From positions 1,152,001-1,216,000 of the forward strand of contig OZ255836.1 of NCBI GenBank assembly GCA_965277715.1: a stretch of DNA of 64,000 nucleotides. Direction: 5' to 3'. Made by a program: the position numbers and the translations under genes. The stretch comes from Gammaproteobacteria bacterium (GTDB taxonomy: Bacteria; Pseudomonadota; Gammaproteobacteria; JBCCGL01). Positions within the stretch are counted from its first letter, which is position 1; every line of letters begins with the position of its first letter. Positions 49,086-57,747 of this stretch are shown one piece after another. Under the pieces are notes generated by a model, which was given only the letters and a program-made list of their open reading frames with translations, was not told the origin of the DNA and did no database searches.

Positions 49086-51350
49086 TTAAGCCAACCTCCT
49101 AAGCCGCAAGTACCGACCAGTCGCTTCCCACTCAACATTTTCGGGATTCGCCCAAAAGCGTCGTGCTACAAACGCTGGTTGTGCACCGCCTTCATGGTGC
49201 ATATGCAATACTTCGGCGATGGCTGGGTCGGCGGGTAAACGCACCCCATCGACCCACTCACTGCGCAGCGCTTGCCCGTCACTGCGCCCCACCGTCATCG
49301 TTTCGCTACACCACCTCTCACCCTCTCCGGCGCGCACCTGCTCTATCACCACATCCGCCTGCGCACGGTGGTAAAACACCTGGCGGCGATTCGGTTCATC
49401 GGGAAAAAATTTTCCGCCGCCCGCCCACCCGCCCCACAACACCGAGCACCCTTGATCGGCGACCACTACATGGAATACCGGGTCATTAGTCGTCTCCCAG
49501 CTTAGCTCGCACTCCCCGGCCAGCGACCACACTTTCACCATCTTATCCAAACTCCCCGATACCACTCGACCATCGCCCAAGACCGCAACACTATTCACAC
49601 TAGACTCATGCCCGCTGAGCGTTAGCTCGCACGCCCCGCTAACCAGCGACCACACTTTCACCGTCTTATCCAAACTCCCCGATACCACTTGACTATCGCC
49701 CAAGACCGCAACACTATTCACACCAGACTCATGCCCGCTGAGCGTTAGCTCGCACGCCCCGCTAACCAGCGACCACACTTTCACCGTTCCATCATCACGC
49801 CCCGATACCACTCGACCATCGTCCAAGACCGCAACACTATTCACACCAGACTCATGCCCGCTGAGCGTTAGCTCGCACGCCCCGCTGGCCAGCGACCACA
49901 CCTTCACCGTTCCATCATCACTCCCCGATACCACTCGACCATCGACCAAGACCGCAACACTATTCACACCAGACTCATGCCCGCTGAGCGTTAGCTCGCA
50001 CGCCCCGCTGGCTAGCGACCACACTTTCACCGTCTTATCAACACTCCCCGATACCACTCGACCATCGCCCAAGACCGCAACACTATTCACACTAGACTCA
50101 TGCCCGCTGAGCGTTAGCTCACACGCCCTGCTGGCCAGCGACCACACTTTCACCGTCTTATCCAAACTCCCCGATACCACTCGACCATCGCCCAAGACCG
50201 CAACACTATTCACACCAGACTCATGCCCGCTGAGCGTTAGCTCGCACGCCCCGCTGGCCAGCGACCACACTTTCACCGTCTTATCATCACTCCCCGATAC
50301 CACTCGACCATCGCCCAAGACCGCAACACTTCTCACATAATCACTGTGCTCGCTGAGCGTTAGCTCGCACGCCCCGCTGGCCAGCGACCACACTTTCACC
50401 GTCTTATCATCACTCCCCGATACCACTCGACCATCGCCCAAGACCGCAACACTCATCACACCTCCACTATGCCCGCTGAGCGTTAGCTCGCACGCCCCAC
50501 TGGCCAGCGACCACACCTTCACCGTTCCATCAAAACTCCCTGATACCACTCGACCATCGCCCAAGACCCCAACACTCATCACACCTCCACTATGCCCGCT
50601 GAGCGTTAGCTCACACACCCCGCTGGCCAGCGACCACACTTTCACCGTCTTATCAACACTCCCCGATACCACTCGACCATCGCCCAAGACCCCAACACTT
50701 CTCACCCAATCAGTATGCCCGCTGAGCGTTAGCTCGCACGCCCCGCTGGCCAGCGACCACACTTTCACCGTCTTATCCAAACTCCCCGATACCACTCGAC
50801 CATCGCCCAAGACCGCGACACTCATCACACCTCCACTATGCCCGCTGAGCGTTAGCTCGCACGCCCCGCTGGCCAGCGACCACACCTTCACCGTTCCATC
50901 AGCACTCCCCGATACCACTCGACCATCGCCCAAGACCGCAACACTATTCACACTAGACTCATGCCCGCTGAGCGTTAGCTCGCACGCCCCGCTGGCCAGC
51001 GACCACACTTTCACCGTTCCATCATCACTCCCCGATACCACTCGACCATCGCCCAAGACCGCAACACTCTTCACATAATCACTGTGCCCATGTTCGTTAG
51101 GGTGCACTACGCCAGTATCCGCCGGGGTTTGGCCGATATTGCTGTGCAGTGTATCGGCGAATCGGGGGGGTAGCGCCGCATTGAGTGTGTCCGGCAGTTG
51201 CAAGCCACGAAGGTAAACATCGTTTAGCGCACCCTTTGGCAAAGTAATGCCCTCGCCACCAATATCCTGCCACTCGATAGGGCGTGGCAGTCGATAGGGC
51301 GGATTGAGTTTGCGGCATAGCAATGCTAGAGCCTGGCCGGTGTTAGTCAT
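49086..51350 (-). CDS. WD40-repeat protein with 13 near-identical repeats
   Basis: 41-aa GH...VW repeats. ATG 51350 is preceded by GGAGG and overlaps the KAP stop (ATGACTAA). Confidence 0.92.
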   Translation of the reverse strand: MTNTGQALALLCRKLNPPYRLPRPIEWQDIGGEGITLPKGALNDVYLRGLQLPDTLNAALPPRFADTLHSNIGQTPADTGVVHPNEHGHSDYVKSVAVLGDGRVVSGSDDGTVKVWSLASGACELTLSGHESSVNSVAVLGDGRVVSGSADGTVKVWSLASGACELTLSGHSGGVMSVAVLGDGRVVSGSLDKTVKVWSLASGACELTLSGHTDWVRSVGVLGDGRVVSGSVDKTVKVWSLASGVCELTLSGHSGGVMSVGVLGDGRVVSGSFDGTVKVWSLASGACELTLSGHSGGVMSVAVLGDGRVVSGSDDKTVKVWSLASGACELTLSEHSDYVRSVAVLGDGRVVSGSDDKTVKVWSLASGACELTLSGHESGVNSVAVLGDGRVVSGSLDKTVKVWSLASRACELTLSGHESSVNSVAVLGDGRVVSGSVDKTVKVWSLASGACELTLSGHESGVNSVAVLVDGRVVSGSDDGTVKVWSLASGACELTLSGHESGVNSVAVLDDGRVVSGRDDGTVKVWSLVSGACELTLSGHESGVNSVAVLGDSQVVSGSLDKTVKVWSLVSGACELTLSGHESSVNSVAVLGDGRVVSGSLDKMVKVWSLAGECELSWETTNDPVFHVVVADQGCSVLWGGWAGGGKFFPDEPNRRQVFYHRAQADVVIEQVRAGEGERWCSETMTVGRSDGQALRSEWVDGVRLPADPAIAEVLHMHHEGGAQPAFVARRFWANPENVEWEATGRYLRLRRLA
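49495..51089 (-). repeat. Coding tandem array, 13 x 123 bp
   Basis: CGCTGAGCGTTAGCTC recurs at 123-bp spacing. Confidence 0.95.
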
Positions 51351-53127
51351 GCGGGACCTCCTGTTTGGCAAGCTCGGCGATAACGTTCAGTTGCTTATAG
51401 AGGGTTTTAAACTGGTCAGCAGAGGTAACCTCTGCCATATGCGCCAGCCAGCTCAGGTCGGTGGCGCGGTCTTTGGCCTTATTAGCTGCCAACAGGGCTT
51501 TAAAACAGTTATCAGGTAGGCGGTTGTTGGCCAGCTTGTGCTCTTTGATAAAAGCACTGCGTGCAGCGGTGGTGGGATTGAGCAGCCCCTCCACGACCAC
51601 CAGCATGGGCACGTTTAACTTGGCGAGAGGTAGGTTACCGTCACTGGCCTCGGGGATATCAGTTTCTTGGTAGTTTGGGCTTTCGCTGATCTCGATTTCT
51701 GGTGAACGCTCTTGCAAATAAAGCTGGCGGAAAATTTCGGGGCTAACGCCGTGGTAAATATCGTAATCACTTTGTTCAGGAAGATCGGGAAAGATATCCT
51801 GCGGGTGCACGCCGTAGCGGTTGTTGATGCCCTGCCGGATCGCCGCTTGATAGCGCGGCAAAAACCGCCCACCGCGCCTGCTGGCCCCGCCGCCCTGGTT
51901 TAGCGCTGCCTTGATATCGCTGATATCCAGGGCGTTATTCTCGTCCAGTTCGGTGGATAACAGCCAGCCATACACCTTGGCTTCATTGCGCAGCAGCCGG
52001 TACAGGGCTGGGTAGAGTTGTTGCAAGATGGTGAGCCTGGCGACCAATAGTGTGCTGATATCCTGGCCGCCAAGCTGGCGCAGGCGGTCGACTTTAAGGC
52101 GCGTGCCTTCGACCGCACGGATCAGTTTGCGCGGCACGGGTGGCAGGGCATCGAGAAACAGATTTAGTAATGCCTCATCGGTTTGTTTCTCGGTTGACTG
52201 TTCGGGTTTCAGGGCCAGGTCTGTACGGTGTTTTTCATCCTGATTGGTCTGTTCGGTTAGTTTAACGTCTGTTAGAGAGAAAAAATCCTCAAACGTGTCG
52301 GTAAGGAATTTCTGTGCCGACTTCTTCGACCATAGCGGTAGATACACCGGCACATGGACGATCTTTTCCAGGTATTCGCTACCGCTGATCGGGGGCGCGA
52401 ACGCGTCCGGTTCCTCTGGCTTGCCATCATCACCCTGTGGGCGCGAGAACAGATAATCACGGTAGCGGTGGTTGATACCGCGCTCGACCACTTCTTCATC
52501 CACCGCCAGGACAAAACTAAAGTTTTTCAGGTTGAGGAACAGCTTGATGGACTCCAGCATTTCCACCGCCTTTTCCGGCAGGCAGCGATCGAGATCGTCG
52601 ATCAGTACGACAAAGCGCAGGGTCTCATCAAGCCCCAAGGTATCGAGTTGTTTGAAGGCACCGTAGTACAGTGAATCACATTGATTCGCTCGGGTATTCC
52701 GGGCTTTATCCAGCATCGACTTGCCGTTAACTTCTAACGCCGCCCCAGGTAGGCCAAACTTGAATTTGATACCGGCGGCTACGGCGATGGCGAAGTCTGC
52801 AAAGATCTTAGTCGACTTATTCAGTCCTTTCTTAATGGCTCTATAGGGAGGTTGGGTTGTTTTAACCACCTGCTCTATGGTTTTAAGCAGTGGAACTATC
52901 AGGTGTTCTTCTCTCTCATACCGCCAGGGGGAGAAAAACACCGGGATATAAAAGTAATCACCAGGCTTGGCGGATAAATCGCGAAAATAACCCTCAATAT
53001 TGCGCAGCGTGCGGGTTTTACCGACACCCCATTCGCCATACACCGACACCACCAACGCCTCACGGCTGGGCTGGTGCGGAAAGCTGGTTTCAATTAACCG
53101 GCAAATGCTGGTGTGGAAGTCTTCCAT
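51343..53127 (-). CDS. KAP-family P-loop NTPase
   Basis: GEWGVGKT, FSPWRY, IDDLDRC...IKLFL, YLEKIV, PRKLIR. Confidence 0.9.
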   Translation of the reverse strand: MEDFHTSICRLIETSFPHQPSREALVVSVYGEWGVGKTRTLRNIEGYFRDLSAKPGDYFYIPVFFSPWRYEREEHLIVPLLKTIEQVVKTTQPPYRAIKKGLNKSTKIFADFAIAVAAGIKFKFGLPGAALEVNGKSMLDKARNTRANQCDSLYYGAFKQLDTLGLDETLRFVVLIDDLDRCLPEKAVEMLESIKLFLNLKNFSFVLAVDEEVVERGINHRYRDYLFSRPQGDDGKPEEPDAFAPPISGSEYLEKIVHVPVYLPLWSKKSAQKFLTDTFEDFFSLTDVKLTEQTNQDEKHRTDLALKPEQSTEKQTDEALLNLFLDALPPVPRKLIRAVEGTRLKVDRLRQLGGQDISTLLVARLTILQQLYPALYRLLRNEAKVYGWLLSTELDENNALDISDIKAALNQGGGASRRGGRFLPRYQAAIRQGINNRYGVHPQDIFPDLPEQSDYDIYHGVSPEIFRQLYLQERSPEIEISESPNYQETDIPEASDGNLPLAKLNVPMLVVVEGLLNPTTAARSAFIKEHKLANNRLPDNCFKALLAANKAKDRATDLSWLAHMAEVTSADQFKTLYKQLNVIAELAKQEVPHD

Positions 53128-53346
53128 TAGGCTGATAATTTTTTGGGGTTAGGTGGTATCGGTTAATACATTTAACATCACTACCAATAGAGTGTATCTG
53201 AAATCTGGATATTTTCAGTGGTGGCGCTATAGAAAGCGTTTTAGAAAAGCCGTGAAATGCGCGTTTGGTACAGAAAGGGGGCGTCTTTAGCTTTGCAAAA
53301 AATCAGAATTTTGGAAAGCAGGCCTGCCTCAAAAATGCCCCTGTTA

Positions 53347-53646
53347 TTATGTGTTGAGCCACTCATGAGTGATACGTTGACGCATTTCTACAGATATGCG
53401 GTTGTACTCAACAAGCTCAAACAAAAGTTTTTCTGCAACCGTCTTATGAAGCAACTCATTTCGGTAAGCTCTTGCTATGAGCACCCCAATACCAAGAACA
53501 TCAATTCCCAAATCTAATGCTTCTTGTGCACCCTGCATTTCTTCAATAAGAAGGATTACCTTTTTCTTTCTCGCCAGAGAAAGCGCAAATCGCTCGCCTA
53601 TATCAAGGTTTCTTTGAAATTTTCCTATCTCTCGCGCTTTAAAATA
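53347..53646 (-). pseudogene. Remnant of a PIN/DUF3368-like gene
   Basis: Open frame reads LDIGERFALSLA...LLIEE..G...ALDLGIDVLGIGVLI; closed upstream by an in-frame TGA with no proper start. Confidence 0.5.
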
Positions 53647-53801
53647 TCACATTCTCCCTTTTACTTGTCGTTTATACTTCTAAAAACGATAATGAAAAAA
53701 AACATTGGTAAGCGTCAATTCTGTTAAAAGCTTTGAAGCTGGAAAAGGGGACGTGTGAATGCCATTTCAAAAGAAGGAGGATTCAAAGGTGCCAACGACC
53801 A

Positions 53802-54932
53802 TTAAAAAAACAACACCACTTTAAACTCTTCTCCTATCTCCTCAAACTCAACACGCCGATTCAATTTCTCCACCTCCTGACACACCATCGGCAACCCCCG
53901 ACCAAGCTTATCCACATAGCGCATATTTTCCAAAAACTTCAAGATAATGGTATTGGTAGCATAAGACACACCGTATTTAAGTTTCTCTACAGTGACAGTA
54001 TTCGGTAGTCGACCAGGGGAAATAAACTCTATTCGATCATCAAACTGCAAAATCCGAACCCTGGAACCAGAAATACTATAATTCCTATGGGTTACCGCAT
54101 TGACAATAAGTTCTCGCAGCACCTTATCTGGATAAACAGCACCCAGAGCCGTCGTTTTAGCCCCGGAAATACGACTGGGTTGTTTTATATTGTGCTTTAT
54201 CACTGTCAGGGTTTTGTCGATTTGTTCGGGAAGCGCACCGTCAATAACCTGCTTATCTATCAACTCATCACTTACCTGATTACCCTGGTAGTGCGCATAA
54301 GAGATACAGGCATTCGGTAAATACCTTTGCGGATTGATACCAAAAATCAATAGCCCAGCCACCGTCGCTTTACCATCTTGCATTACATCCATATTACTCA
54401 ATAGGTTTTCTTTGTTTTCCTCTTCTGAAAACGTTCTCTGGTAAGGTAAAAAATACTTATCTAATGAATTAAAGTTAAAATCCGAAAGTTTAGTCCTCTC
54501 GACGAGCGTTGCATCGTAATGAAATACACCAGATTGTTGAAATAAGCGCATTAGTTCTTGTATTGAAGCGACGCGATTGGTTGCACCAACCCGGATCAGA
54601 TATTGGTTATTAAGCGTCTGGTAGGGTTTATCCAATCCTTTGGGCACATCGACAATGCCAACCTGTTTGCCCTGATAAGATTCCAGGCTTACTGCGCAAA
54701 TGACGGGGGGGACAATATTATTCCGGCTGATATTGGCTACCCAATCGACAAAATCTTTATCTCTACTTAAACCACTCACCTGACCGTCGTCAGCAACACC
54801 AATTAGAACAACTCCACCGCCAGCATTCGAAAATGCCACTATTTCTTTGGCAAGGCTTTCTGCCCGTACCTCTTCAGCCTTAAACTCGATGGCTTGGTTT
54901 TCGCCTTGCTCCAGCAAATCTTTCAATGACAT
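53802..54932 (-). CDS. Schlafen/AlbA_2 domain protein with HATPase_c_4 (RecG-C-like) domain
   Basis: ENQAIEFK, AFSNAGGGVVLIGVADDG, RELIVNAVTHRNY, SPGRLP, GRGL. Confidence 0.85.
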   Translation of the reverse strand: MSLKDLLEQGENQAIEFKAEEVRAESLAKEIVAFSNAGGGVVLIGVADDGQVSGLSRDKDFVDWVANISRNNIVPPVICAVSLESYQGKQVGIVDVPKGLDKPYQTLNNQYLIRVGATNRVASIQELMRLFQQSGVFHYDATLVERTKLSDFNFNSLDKYFLPYQRTFSEEENKENLLSNMDVMQDGKATVAGLLIFGINPQRYLPNACISYAHYQGNQVSDELIDKQVIDGALPEQIDKTLTVIKHNIKQPSRISGAKTTALGAVYPDKVLRELIVNAVTHRNYSISGSRVRILQFDDRIEFISPGRLPNTVTVEKLKYGVSYATNTIILKFLENMRYVDKLGRGLPMVCQEVEKLNRRVEFEEIGEEFKVVLFF

Positions 54933-55196
54933 AGGTTTGGTGCTATCGAATGGAATACAAATAGAGAATAAACACCTGCCTCAACATTGTCTAGCAAGTG
55001 CCGTTATCGAAAATACTGTGACAGAGCAGGCCTAATGTCTCTCAACCTGCCCATTTTCGGTGATACACAGTATCTTGGCCCGTTACAGAAAATGTAAAAA
55101 GGGCTTAAAAAGGGATCAGTTTTGTGTCATCGGGCAGCCAGGCTACTCTAATAAACTAAATTGTTGCAATTCTATTCTGTTATAAAAAATACCCAT

Positions 55197-56324
55197 CTAT
55201 GTGTTTACTTGAATATGGGTGGAATCTAACCGGGTATCTTGCCACGGTGTAAAAACCTTCGAGACGAAGGGCGAGGTCATTGCACGAAGCAATGCGCTGT
55301 AGTTAAGTTGAAATGTCACTTCTTCGCCAACAAACAGGTCACCTTCGACAGGCTCGATGACAAGGTGGTCACTACTGGCACCCAGAATTTCAATACCCGC
55401 AGGGGCTTGCAGGCCACCGGGATCGATATCCTGTATGCCAATGGCAAGGATGGCCTGTCTCACGAGACCGCGATCCGTCGTCGATACAGCCTCGCCGAAG
55501 GCAGATTGCGCAATATGCCCTGTGGGTTGTGATGGCTTAAGCTTTGATTCAATCACCTCTGCAACCAGCGTGATAGCATTGCTGTGCAAACCATTAATCG
55601 GCTGGCGCTGTAGTGGCTCGCAGCCCAATAAAACCGCCTCGCCTAAACGTAGGTTATTAATTCGCCCTGTATCGGTTTCCGTGTTATTCAGTGCCCATTG
55701 AATATTGGCCGAATTGCCACCTGACACCGTATCCAAGGTTAAATCGAACGTCGTTTCAATACGATTCGCAAGCCCGGATAATATAGCCATATTGGTGGCA
55801 TCAGGAGACACACCACTGCGGCAAGCGAGGTTGGTGCCGATGCCTTTGAGCAAAATATTTGGCAGGCTTAACACCTCACGTACAGTATCTATCAAATCCT
55901 CAGGCAGTATGCCTTCACGCAAGTCGCCTAGCTCAACCATTAATAGCAATTGGTGAGTACGCCCTTGTTTGCGGGCTTCAACAGAAAGTTTTTTTATCAC
56001 CTCGATTTCAGTATTGCAGCTCATATCCGCATACATAACAACCTGCGCTGCCTGGCTGAGCATCGGTGAACGAATCAGTATTGTCACCGCGTCTTTTATC
56101 AGTACTTCATTGCTGGCAAGGCGCATGGCCTTTATATTTTCAATGCGCGAATCACCCAGTACCATTACCCCTGCCCGCAACAGTGCGTTCGCCATTTCCA
56201 TTGAGCCGAGAGTCGCCTTAGTTACCCCCGTGACTGAAATGCCGCGTTCAGCGAGTCGCGTAACTAATTCATGCGCATTGTGGTAAATTTTGTTGAGGTC
56301 AATTTCCAACCTGGGCGCGACCAT
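55197..56324 (-). CDS. Alanine/ornithine racemase-family PLP enzyme
   Basis: GVTK (PLP lysine), DSR, ELGDLREG, SGGNS, ASSDH. Confidence 0.85.
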   Translation of the reverse strand: MVAPRLEIDLNKIYHNAHELVTRLAERGISVTGVTKATLGSMEMANALLRAGVMVLGDSRIENIKAMRLASNEVLIKDAVTILIRSPMLSQAAQVVMYADMSCNTEIEVIKKLSVEARKQGRTHQLLLMVELGDLREGILPEDLIDTVREVLSLPNILLKGIGTNLACRSGVSPDATNMAILSGLANRIETTFDLTLDTVSGGNSANIQWALNNTETDTGRINNLRLGEAVLLGCEPLQRQPINGLHSNAITLVAEVIESKLKPSQPTGHIAQSAFGEAVSTTDRGLVRQAILAIGIQDIDPGGLQAPAGIEILGASSDHLVIEPVEGDLFVGEEVTFQLNYSALLRAMTSPFVSKVFTPWQDTRLDSTHIQVNT

Positions 56325-57508
56325 TAGGCCACCGTCAGGAAATTTACCTGAAGTTTTGGGAAGGCCGCAACGACCATTTCGACCAGATACTTGGGTGAAT
56401 GCGTTAAGGCATCAGTAACCGGAATACCCAGTTTTTGCTGGTACTGGATAATGGCGGTATTGACTTCAGCATCTGTCATGTTTTCATGGTTCAGGGTTAA
56501 CCCTATAACCTTGGTATCAGCAAAGGTTTCAATCAAATCAATCTCTGATTCGGGCGTAGGTATCGGCATCTGCTCAAAATCACAGCGCCACTTGCGGCTC
56601 GGTGCATGCTGCAATACCACGCCGTTAGCACAACTGCCACGGAGAATAAAAGATGAAGAGGAAAAAGCGGGATGACTCAATGCGCTCTGCCCTTCAATAA
56701 TAATCACATCCGGGCTTTCATTTTCAAACGCTTCAACAACGGTTGCTTCTAACTCTCCCACACAGAATTGTGATGGAATCGCATCTAGCGCAACACCATA
56801 ACGCGTGCCTTGAATTAACCCGGTTTGGCCCGTTCCAACCATCACTGCTTTTATACCATGCTCATTGAGTGCTCGGGTCAAGACAGTCGCTGTGGTACGT
56901 TTTCCAATCGCGCAGTCGGTACCAAGAACCGCGATACGGGGACAAGACACTTCGGCAATACGGCCACTGAATAATCGCAAATCTTTTTTGGCGCGTGGTC
57001 TGCGCACGTCGAGAATTTCTACATTACTCGATATACAGGCCGCTATAAAAACAGGGTCGTCGTTAAGAAACTCATGTAAGCCATTGACGATGTGCATACC
57101 ATGGCTCATCGCCTCAAGTATCACGCTGCGTTCGTGTATGGACAACATACCGCTGGCAGGTGCCATACCAAAGATAAAATAATCCGGCACATTACCTGCT
57201 CGCTCCAGCGCATCGGCTAGATCTCGACAAATGGGGATAGCATTGATTTTATTATCGAGCACTAAACCTGTGTCGAGACCCGCTTTTTCGCTATCGATAA
57301 CAGAAAGGATGCTGTACTTTTCCGAATGGCGCACGAGTCCATTGGCTGTTTTACCATCAATTGCAGCAAAGTTTGCTTCACAATAGACAATGGCGGTGGC
57401 CGTTGGCTGCTTGACGTGCGCAGGTTTCGATGGGAAATGCGCTATTACGTCATTCTTGACAACAGTAGGACGTTTGAGAATAGGTGAGTTTATTGGTCTT
57501 GTAGACAT
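56324..57508 (-). CDS. DUF1611 (DgcN-like) protein
   Basis: GKTANG, NGLH, GTDCAIGKRTT, TGQTG, IEGQ. Confidence 0.85.
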   Translation of the reverse strand: MSTRPINSPILKRPTVVKNDVIAHFPSKPAHVKQPTATAIVYCEANFAAIDGKTANGLVRHSEKYSILSVIDSEKAGLDTGLVLDNKINAIPICRDLADALERAGNVPDYFIFGMAPASGMLSIHERSVILEAMSHGMHIVNGLHEFLNDDPVFIAACISSNVEILDVRRPRAKKDLRLFSGRIAEVSCPRIAVLGTDCAIGKRTTATVLTRALNEHGIKAVMVGTGQTGLIQGTRYGVALDAIPSQFCVGELEATVVEAFENESPDVIIIEGQSALSHPAFSSSSFILRGSCANGVVLQHAPSRKWRCDFEQMPIPTPESEIDLIETFADTKVIGLTLNHENMTDAEVNTAIIQYQQKLGIPVTDALTHSPKYLVEMVVAAFPKLQVNFLTVA

Positions 57509-57702
57509 AGTTTCCTCTTGAGTGGAAGGCTCAGAGGAGGCAACAGTATCGCGCCGACCCGAATTGGCCGAATGTCAACAAGAAGTACCGCTAAGTCATA
57601 GTGCACCGGGAAGAATATCCCGATGGGTAGACGTGATTAGGCATAGTAACACAAGCCAACGCTAACTATTGACATTCTTTGAGTGATCATCACGCTTCTT
57701 TT

Positions 57703-57727
57703 AACCTAAGTTCCGCAGTTGAATCGT
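57703..57727. repeat. 25-bp dispersed repeat, copy 2
   Basis: Identical to 44547-44571. Confidence 0.85.
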
Positions 57728-57747
57728 CCTGACACACCACCGTAAAG

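Noticed and set aside
49495-51089. Regular repeat array as a CRISPR array or DGR target
   Set aside because: Units are 123 bp, in frame and coding, with no unique spacers. No cas gene or reverse transcriptase is in the window, and variation is not adenine-restricted.
51343-51371. KAP and WD40 as one gene broken by a frameshift error
   Set aside because: The WD40 ATG has its own GGAGG at normal spacing and an ATGACTAA stop/start overlap, typical of translational coupling.
53720-53801. Integron attC site between the Schlafen gene and the PIN remnant
   Set aside because: GTT and AAC boxes are in the wrong order for attC and there is no integron integrase.
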